NCBI GenBank assembly: GCA_050250895.1
Contig: JBFWNU010000008.1
Span: forward strand, 192,001 to 256,000
Length of the DNA stretch: 64,000 nt
Reading direction: 5' to 3'
Origin: Vulcanimicrobiota bacterium
GTDB lineage: Bacteria; Vulcanimicrobiota; Xenobia; Xenobiales; JADMJV01
A program made the translations under genes and the position numbers. Positions 57,406 to 64,000 of this stretch are shown one piece after another. The notes under the pieces were generated by a model, which was given only the letters and a program-made list of their open reading frames with translations, did not search any database and was not told where the DNA came from. Numbering within the stretch: position 1 is the stretch's first letter; each line of letters begins with the position of its first letter.

Positions 57406-60400
57406 CGTCCGGGCCTGCCTCCTCCGCCATTGGTGTTGCGGTGGTGTCGATGCTGGGTGGCCATGCGGGCAAACACCTTACGAATGATAGCCTCTTCGTC
57501 GGCGTTCAGCTGCAGGTTTGCATAAACGTTCGTGGTACTACCCCCATCGCTTCCGGCCTCCCTTTGCTTTTCCGCCTGCGTGCCGGGCTTGGATGGATCG
57601 GGCGCAATCGCGTCCAGGTTGGGCGCCGACAGGCCTGGAAGCCCGTTGCGCTTGAGAGCCGCCTCGACCTGCGCCTTCTGAGCATCCTCAACGCGCTTGG
57701 CCTGGGCGGCGTCCTTCAGTCCGATCTGCTGGGCGCGGGCCTCATCGATGCGACGAACGACCTCGCTGCTGGTCGGGTTGGCGTGGCCAAAGGCAACTCG
57801 CCGAGCCTCTTCGGACGATGCGGCGGCGGCCGAGATCTCGTCTGAACTGCGCGCCTGGCCCTGGATAGGTCCCGAGTCGAATCCGATGATCGAGCCACTC
57901 GTCCCACTCGTTGGGGCACTACGTTCGGCGGCCGCTACGGCCTGACTTCCGCTCTTCGTGATGCGGGCCCGTTCGGCATAGGCGCTAGCTACATCGCGGT
58001 TTTGCTGCTGCATCCTCGCTCGCTGCTCATAGGTGTGTTCAAGCTCCATCTGCCGCAACCGGGCCTGGTACTCGCGCTGCACGCCGAGCTTGTCGGTGGC
58101 TGTCTTCAGTTCTGCCTGATACTCAGCGAGTAGCGCATCGACCCGGGCCTGATAGAGCTCGGCCCGCTTGGCGATGAGCAGGTTGTCGACGTTCTCGCCC
58201 GCGTCGCGACGCTGCTCGAGTAGCTGAATCTCTTGTTGATAGACGGCGATCTGGGCCGACGCCACCTCACCGGCTTGCTTCTCACGCTCGGCCGTTATTT
58301 CGCGCTCGAGCTGAAGCTTCTTGGCGGCCTGGTCGCGAAGGAATTCATCGATGTCGCTCAGGTTTTCGCCAGCTGCTTTGGCGGCCACCCGAGCCGCGGT
58401 GGCCCGACTAATGCCCTCCTCGATCGCGGCCAGCTTGTCACCGGTGGTCAGGGCTTCGTCGCCCAGGTGGGAGACGGACTGCTTCAGGTCGTCGAGGCTT
58501 TCCTTCTGCTTCCGGGAATTAGCGGCCACACCCTGGACCAGCAGCGTTTGCCCGAGATTCTCGACGTAGCGCTTCAGTTCGGGCAACTGGTCGAGGATGT
58601 CTTTATTGCGCCCTTTCCACTCGGTGATGGTGTGGATGATGTTCTGGATGGCCTCCACGACCTGGCCGGCGCTGCCTTTGCCCTGGGCCTGCAGTTCCTT
58701 GAGGCTGTCGAGCTGTGCCTTAACCACGGCGTCAAAGGTCGCCTTGGCTGACGCGATCTGCACCTGGCGCTTCTCGCCCTCGATGCGGCGGACATCGTTC
58801 TTGCCCTCTTCGCCCAAGCGGCGAGCCTCGACCAACTGCTTCTCGAGGTTGGCCAACTGCTCTTTGAAGCTGACCTGCCGCAGGGACTTCTCCTCGGCCA
58901 GCTCGGCCCGCAGTGCCTCGACCCGCTGGCGGCCAGCTGCCACCTGGTTGCGCGTGATGGCGGCGTGGGTGTCGTCGACCTCGTGATAGAGCGCCAGGAT
59001 GGCCTTGATGACAGCTTCTTCCTGGTCGGTCGTTTTCGGGTCGAAGAGGCGCGCTTGAAGCCCTGCTTCGTCGGTTGGCAGGTTGATACTCTTGGCGATG
59101 CGCTGGACTCCAGCGAGCTGGGTCTGCAGCAACTGGAGGCCCTGAACCAGGCTGGCCGTATCGCCCTTCTGTCGGAAAACTGAGAGGACGTCGCTGGTCG
59201 CACGAATCTTCTTGCCTAGCTTCTCGAAGGCTATCTCGTAGGGGGTGGCCACTGCGACCCCGCCCTCGAGGCTGGCTATTTTGTCCTTCAGTTGGCCGAT
59301 GGCGAGCTGGGTTTGGAGAGCGGCCGCTTGAATGTGCTCGAAAGCGACCACCAAACGGCCGTCGGCTTCGTTAACCTTCGCTGCCTCGGGTAGAGCTGAA
59401 GCCAGGTCGGCAAAGTCACCCGTCAGAGCCACTTGTGATCCAGGCGTGGCCACCTTCTGTAGCTGGGCGAGTTTCTTCTGCTGGCTTTCGAGTTTTTCCA
59501 GCTCTTTGCGATACTCTTCGGTCTTGGCCCGAGCCTCTGTCGTGCCCCCAGCATACCGCTGAAGAGCATCGGTGACATCGCGGGGATCAGCCGACTTTAG
59601 AGCCTTGTCGATGGCGTCAAGCCGCTCAGCCGAACCGGCGGTCCCGGTCGAGAACAGGTCCTGAGCCCCGGTTGCCCCGATCACCGCTTTCGCATACTCA
59701 CGCCACTCGAGCGCTGCGTCTCTGACTCGATTGCCCTGGTCTTTGATATTGGCTGAGATGCGAGCATTCTCGGCATCCAGGAAGGCAAGTTTCACGGCTG
59801 CGGCCCCGGCAGCGACAGCCACCGCTGAGATGGCCAGGCCGGCCGGCGTCGTGGTCAAGTATCTGAAGGCGTTGCCTGCAGCTGAGCCCGCCCCGGCCAG
59901 GCGAGTAAGCGCCCCGCCCGTGAGGTTCGCTGCACCCTCGAGAGCCGGCATCTCGACGGCCGCCGCAACCAGTTGCCGGTTGAGAGCCACCAGGCCAGTG
60001 GCCAGGAGCGTAGCGGCGCCAGCGGCGCTCGATAGGCCAGCTCCCCCGACCAGGGCGGCCGCTCCGATGCCCTTCAGGCCCGGACTCAGCCCCTTGTTGA
60101 CTGTGTCGGCCATCGTGCTGAAGGTCTTGGCTGCCAATGTGACAAGAGGCGTCAACGTCTCGCCGAAGCTAGCGGCCAGGTTGATGGCTGAGTCTTTGGC
60201 GTTGGATAGCGCGCCAGACATCGTGGCCGCCTGGCGCTCGATCGCTCCGCCAAAGCGGGTGTCGATGATGCGCAACAAAGCCTGATTCGCTTTGTCGGCC
60301 TGGCCCTGAGTCTGGACGAGGAGACCGCCCGCCTTGGTCACTTCGGCGCCATACTTGGCGAGTTCGCGGGTCGAGATGCCGTAGGTGTTCCGCAGCGACT

Positions 60401-61028
60401 CGAAACCCTCCAGAGAGCCAGAGAGAGCCTTCCCGACCACGAGTGAGGTCTCGTTGATGTCTCGGCCCATTCCCGCGGCCAGGGCGGCTACCTTCGGCAG
60501 GATGCGCTCCGAGCGCTGCCCGTAGACCTCTAGTTGGACGGTCGCCTCGACGACGCCCTTCACGTCAAAGGGCGTCTTGGCTGCAAAGTCTTTGGCCTTC
60601 TCGAGCGTCTCGGCCGCCGTCACGGCCGAACCCTGCACCGTGGTCAGCTTCGCCTGCAACAGCTCGAAGTCGCCGGCCGTCTTGGCGATGATCGCGGCCA
60701 GGCCTCCCAAGCTGCCGCCAGCGAGAGAGAGGGCGGTGCCGACGCTGCGGCCCAGCTCCTTGAGGTGACCAGACGCCTTCTCGGCTTTGTCGCTGACGTT
60801 GTCGAGCTTGTCGCCGGCCTTCCCCGCACCTTCGAGACCCTTGCTGGCTTCGCTGGCGGACTGGCCGATGCCGCTCAGCCGCTTGTCGAGCTCGAGCAAC
60901 CGAGTGGCCGCCCGGTCGATGGCGGTGGCCAGCTGGCCCGCGCCTTTCTCGATGACGGTCAGTGCCTGCTGTGCGGTTGCGTCTCGCTCCGCCTTGATGC
61001 GGAGGAGAATGGGAATCTCAGCGCTCAC
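57402..61028 (-). CDS. Phage tail tape measure-like protein (1208 aa)
   Basis: FAAKTPFDVKGVVEATVQL, GALSNAKDS, Ala/Gly-rich hydrophobic middle, long coiled coil, TTNVYANLQLN C-terminus. Confidence 0.8.
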   Translation of the reverse strand: MSAEIPILLRIKAERDATAQQALTVIEKGAGQLATAIDRAATRLLELDKRLSGIGQSASEASKGLEGAGKAGDKLDNVSDKAEKASGHLKELGRSVGTALSLAGGSLGGLAAIIAKTAGDFELLQAKLTTVQGSAVTAAETLEKAKDFAAKTPFDVKGVVEATVQLEVYGQRSERILPKVAALAAGMGRDINETSLVVGKALSGSLEGFESLRNTYGISTRELAKYGAEVTKAGGLLVQTQGQADKANQALLRIIDTRFGGAIERQAATMSGALSNAKDSAINLAASFGETLTPLVTLAAKTFSTMADTVNKGLSPGLKGIGAAALVGGAGLSSAAGAATLLATGLVALNRQLVAAAVEMPALEGAANLTGGALTRLAGAGSAAGNAFRYLTTTPAGLAISAVAVAAGAAAVKLAFLDAENARISANIKDQGNRVRDAALEWREYAKAVIGATGAQDLFSTGTAGSAERLDAIDKALKSADPRDVTDALQRYAGGTTEARAKTEEYRKELEKLESQQKKLAQLQKVATPGSQVALTGDFADLASALPEAAKVNEADGRLVVAFEHIQAAALQTQLAIGQLKDKIASLEGGVAVATPYEIAFEKLGKKIRATSDVLSVFRQKGDTASLVQGLQLLQTQLAGVQRIAKSINLPTDEAGLQARLFDPKTTDQEEAVIKAILALYHEVDDTHAAITRNQVAAGRQRVEALRAELAEEKSLRQVSFKEQLANLEKQLVEARRLGEEGKNDVRRIEGEKRQVQIASAKATFDAVVKAQLDSLKELQAQGKGSAGQVVEAIQNIIHTITEWKGRNKDILDQLPELKRYVENLGQTLLVQGVAANSRKQKESLDDLKQSVSHLGDEALTTGDKLAAIEEGISRATAARVAAKAAGENLSDIDEFLRDQAAKKLQLEREITAEREKQAGEVASAQIAVYQQEIQLLEQRRDAGENVDNLLIAKRAELYQARVDALLAEYQAELKTATDKLGVQREYQARLRQMELEHTYEQRARMQQQNRDVASAYAERARITKSGSQAVAAAERSAPTSGTSGSIIGFDSGPIQGQARSSDEISAAAASSEEARRVAFGHANPTSSEVVRRIDEARAQQIGLKDAAQAKRVEDAQKAQVEAALKRNGLPGLSAPNLDAIAPDPSKPGTQAEKQREAGSDGGSTTNVYANLQLNADEEAIIRKVFARMATQHRHHRNTNGGGGRPGR

Positions 61029-61031
61029 GTC

Positions 61032-61379
61032 TTACCGCGCCCGACTATCGGTCTTGGCGGACCCTTTTCGGTTGGCCTCGGGGATGAAGAGAGCCAGGCG
61101 CTCCACTTCGTCGGTTTCGGTCTCGACGGCCCGACGGTGGTCGGAGCGGTTGGCCTTCGGAATGGAGCGCACCATGCGCTCCTCGTCAGTCTCTACCCGC
61201 TCGAACGTCTCCCGCCCGGGCTGCCGCTGGAACGTTTCGACCTGCCTCCCTCGGTTGGCCTCGGGAATGTAGCTCATTAGTTCGGCGACCTCTTGCTCGC
61301 CGGCCTCACGCGAGAACTGGCGTTTCAGCTCTTCAGTCCGCTTTTTGAAGGCGGCACGCTGGTCTTTGATGCTGTCCAA
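61032..61379 (-). CDS. Small charged protein with three IP[EK]ANR repeats
   Basis: GAGGAG RBS before TTG 61379; TACAAT -10 at about 61408-61413. Confidence 0.65.
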   Translation of the reverse strand: MDSIKDQRAAFKKRTEELKRQFSREAGEQEVAELMSYIPEANRGRQVETFQRQPGRETFERVETDEERMVRSIPKANRSDHRRAVETETDEVERLALFIPEANRKGSAKTDSRAR

Positions 61380-62013
61380 TGTGGTTGACTCCTCTGGATT
61401 TTCTTCCATTGTAGCGGGCGGGAGGGGCCGCACGAAGCCCTCCCTTGCCCTCCCTGCGAATTGGGGCACTACGGGGGGAAGCGCCGGTCGACGTGGAAAG
61501 CGCCTCGGCCGCCCAGGGCACGCCACCCCCCGCTGTGCCCGTTGGGCGGCTTTCCACGAGCCGACCCGGACGCGACCGAGATCGAGCCCGTCATCGCCGG
61601 CACCTACTGAGACTATTCCGCGCGGAATAGTCTGGCAACTGAAGGTCAGGACCACCATGCGCTGGGGGCCACCAGGGGTCTGGATAGTTTCCAGACCCCT
61701 GTCAGGGGAGCCTACAACGCAGGCTCCCTTCTCTACCCCTTCGACGAGGCCGGCCGCACCCAGCAGCAGCTCGCTGACGTTCTCGGGTGGGCCAGGACCA
61801 AAGTGGCGAACTATGCTGCACTCCAAAAAATCCACTCCGAGGCCTGGGAAATCGTTGTCACCACTTTCAATGCACCCGGTGACAACTCTGAAGAAGGATC
61901 GGTGACAGGCAATGTCACCACGGTGACATTCACCGAGCGACTCCTTCGGGACATCCTCCCCCTGTCCCCGGACCAACAGACCGAGCTGTGCACCGAACTG
62001 GCCAGTGGCGCGA

Positions 62014-62622
62014 TCAACCCCGACCACCCTGGATGGCTACCAGCTTCGGGCCGGCTGACTGCCTCCGCTCGAGTTCGGCGTTGACCTCGGCCAGAATGCG
62101 GCCGAGAATCTGAACGTCGAGAGTGAGCGCCTCGGAGAGCAGGCGCAGATCGTGCTCGGATGGGCAAAGACTCCAGCCAGGATCGTCCCCTTCGTCCAGG
62201 CGCACCCTGTAGAAGTAGGCGGCCTTCGAGAAGCGGCCATAGCACTTGTGGTAGTTCGTGGCCACCAGGTGGGCGGGCGTGTCTAGCCAGGGATTCCGAG
62301 CGGAAGCCTCTCGCCGGTGTTCGTGGTCAGCCCTAGCTCGCTCAGCGGACTTGGTAGCCGCCTCGATGGCGGATTCTCCACGCATCGTTCTCGAGAAAGA
62401 AAGCGGCGTGGCTGCCTGGGCCACCCCCACCGGGTCGGGCGAGCTGACCGCGATGTCAGCCACCTGCCGGCGAAGGCCGGGCTCGACGCGGCGTAGGTGG
62501 CCCGCGATCAACCCGAGCTGCCGCGTGTTGATGCGGCCGTCCTCGAAGGCCTGCTGGATAGGCTCCCTGGCCTCGGCTGGCAGCGCCTCCAGGTGTCTCA
62601 TTGCGGTCTTGGTCGTCTTCAC
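62014..62622 (-). CDS. Hypothetical protein homologous to the C-terminal part of the ParB-like pseudogene
   Basis: AAGGAG RBS; LPAEAREPIQQAFEDGRINTRQ...VEPGLRRQVADIAVSSPDPVGVAQAA. Confidence 0.7.
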   Translation of the reverse strand: MKTTKTAMRHLEALPAEAREPIQQAFEDGRINTRQLGLIAGHLRRVEPGLRRQVADIAVSSPDPVGVAQAATPLSFSRTMRGESAIEAATKSAERARADHEHRREASARNPWLDTPAHLVATNYHKCYGRFSKAAYFYRVRLDEGDDPGWSLCPSEHDLRLLSEALTLDVQILGRILAEVNAELERRQSAGPKLVAIQGGRG

Positions 62623-62643
62623 TGGGCGTTTTCTCCTTTGGTT

Positions 62644-62856
62644 TTAGTCTGGATTCATGAACAGCAGTAACTGTCCGTAATCGGTCGTTTCGGTGGTCGG
62701 TGAGGGAGGGAAAGGGAGGGTTCCCTCGGGGCTCGAGACGGCCGCACAGCGCTTGCATTCGACCCAGGGCTCGCCCGGCTTGGCGCCTGGGCCGGTGGGG
62801 TCGACGACCGCGGCCGAGCGGGGAGTGACATCGCGGCGGCAATACCAGCACTTCAT
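62644..62856 (-). CDS. Small zinc-binding protein
   Basis: CWYC...CKRC; GAGG RBS; ATGA overlap with the replication gene stop. Confidence 0.65.
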   Translation of the reverse strand: MKCWYCRRDVTPRSAAVVDPTGPGAKPGEPWVECKRCAAVSSPEGTLPFPPSPTTETTDYGQLLLFMNPD

Positions 62857-63779
62857 GCGGTCCTCGCGGTGGCCACGTTGAGGATTGGGTAGGCCGGTTC
62901 GGGGTCGGGCTCGTCAAGAATGGCAAGCAACTGCTCTCGGGTATTTGGGAGCCAGTAGCGATGAGGTCGTTTCCCCTCTCTCGCGAGTTGACCCGCACGC
63001 TTTGTAGCTTCGATCAGCCGGGCCTTGGTCCACTTTTTCGTTTTTGCCCGCTCGACGATCTTGGCGAGTCTTGGCATCTCCCTCGCTACGATCTCCTCCT
63101 CGACTTCGAAGCCGAGGTTTTGGATTATCAACTGCTCGACCAACTGAAGAGAATCGGGGGGGTCCTCCCTTATTTGCCCCCGGGTTATTTCTAAGGGTTC
63201 TTTATAAGGGTTATTTAGAGAGCCACTTTCGCCTTTTCCCGTAAGGCTTTGCGGGGGGGCTAGAGTCCGGTGGGCCGAACCCTTGAGTCCGGTGGGCCGA
63301 ACCCTAGAGTCCGGTGGGCCGAACCCTAGAGTCCGGTGGGCCGAACCCTGGGGGTCGCTAGGGTTCGGTGGACCGGACCCCCTCACCGGAGTTTCTGTGG
63401 GTATTTTTCCACGTCGGGGATAGCACCACTCATCGACGTATTTGTTCGGGCCGATGGTCCGGCTCTGCGTCCCGACCGAACCCTTGAACTCGATGATGAC
63501 ACGGTTGGCAATCAACCGCCGCAATGCGTCGCTGACGCTCGACTTGCTCGCACCTGTGCGCTCCGCCAGCAAGTTGACGCTCAGATCGGCCTTGGTCTTG
63601 GGCGGGGCGTCTGGGTTGTTACCTGGACGGCGTCCGTAGGTTTCGCGCACGATTGCCAGGACCAGCTGGAGGTCTAGGCCCGGCATCTTGTGAGCGGTCA
63701 ATGCCTCCAGGAAGAAATGCTTGTATTGGCCATAGCCGCCCGGGCCGGCGGAGGCCAACGCGTCTCTAGCATCACTCAT
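62853..63779 (-). CDS. Phage replication initiator (lambda O-like, N-terminal winged HTH)
   Basis: LVLAIVRETYG...LSVNLLAERTGASKSSVSDALRRLI...IGPNKYVDEW; internal iterons. Confidence 0.8.
   Translation of the reverse strand: MSDARDALASAGPGGYGQYKHFFLEALTAHKMPGLDLQLVLAIVRETYGRRPGNNPDAPPKTKADLSVNLLAERTGASKSSVSDALRRLIANRVIIEFKGSVGTQSRTIGPNKYVDEWCYPRRGKIPTETPVRGSGPPNPSDPQGSAHRTLGFGPPDSRVRPTGLKGSAHRTLAPPQSLTGKGESGSLNNPYKEPLEITRGQIREDPPDSLQLVEQLIIQNLGFEVEEEIVAREMPRLAKIVERAKTKKWTKARLIEATKRAGQLAREGKRPHRYWLPNTREQLLAILDEPDPEPAYPILNVATARTA
63182..63381. repeat. Putative replication origin: three AT-rich 13-mers, four 22-bp iterons and one inverted degenerate copy
   Basis: GGGTTATTTCTAA/GGGTTCTTTATAA/GGGTTATTTAGAG (63182-63220); TWGAGTCCGGTGGGCCGAACCC x4 (63261-63348). 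Confidence 0.85.
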
Positions 63780-64000
63780 AGGGGCACCTCCAAACTGCCT
63801 TGCTGGTCTTCCTCGGCTCGGTGGTCTGGCGCCGCGTGCAAAGCCTCACGGAAGGTGTAGGTCGGCCCATCGAATCGAAGCTGGACCTCTCCCGTAGGCC
63901 CGTCTCGGTTCTCTGAGATGGTCAGCGTGGCAGCCTTACCGGTCCGCTTGAGTAGCCAGATTTTGTAGGCGTCTTTTTGGAGCTGGCGCCCGCCGGGCAG
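63776..64000 (-). CDS. C-terminus of a DnaB-like replicative helicase (partial)
   Basis: Manual translation LPGGRQLQKDAYKIWLLKR...ATLTISENRDGPTGEVQLRFDG matches the DnaB C-terminal motif (SG.IEQDAD...KNR.GPTG.V.L.F). Confidence 0.75.
   Translation of the reverse strand: MPGGRQLQKDAYKIWLLKRTGKAATLTISENRDGPTGEVQLRFDGPTYTFREALHAAPDHRAEEDQQGSLEVPL

Larger units (their letters stand above)
50432..64000. mobile_element. tRNA-Arg-integrated prophage- or phage-satellite-like element; right end lies outside the window
   Basis: att duplication, arm-like repeats, XRE repressor, tyrosine recombinase, tape measure-like gene, O-like replicator with iterons, DnaB-like helicase. Confidence 0.85.

Noticed and set aside
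61803-62084. 93-aa plus-strand ORF inside the element
   Set aside because: No RBS, overlaps the 3' end of a better-supported minus-strand gene, and runs through palindromic DNA; not called as a CDS
63261-63348. CRISPR array
   Set aside because: The 22-bp units are head-to-tail with no spacers and lie inside a replication gene; iterons explain them

Overview
A GC-rich bacterial chromosome segment. The gene style (many dispersed pilin/PilC paralogues, proteins with low-complexity N-terminal tails) suggests Ca. Eremiobacterota/Xenobia, but that is inference only. From 1 to ~49.3 kb it is host chromosome: the 5' end of gcvP, msrB, recQ, an adenylate/guanylate cyclase, a class V aminotransferase, alkA/ada-ogt, two GT-C glycosyltransferases, an M15 peptidase, two PilC/GspF genes with six pilin-like genes, Ser/Thr kinase/FHA and two-component signalling genes, several candidate small RNAs at 45.4-47.1 kb, and a subtilase. 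Two relic copies of the 3' end of a tRNA-Arg(CCT) gene (49349-49370 and 50432-50478, minus strand) mark integration sites. From 50.4 kb to the window end lies an integrated phage-satellite-like element. It carries an XRE repressor with mirror-image divergent promoters, a tRNA-like RNA leading two tandem paralogous unknown genes, a tyrosine recombinase, a lambda-O-like replication gene with internal 22-bp iterons, a DnaB-like helicase end, and a tape-measure-like gene with no other recognisable virion genes. The most notable candidates are that element, its tRNA-like RNA/paralogue cassette, twin sRNAs with identical 38-nt 3' ends, a shared 11-bp-period promoter box upstream of pilus-type genes, and a C-terminal motif shared by two unrelated proteins. 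All product calls come from reading motifs by eye; no database searches were run.
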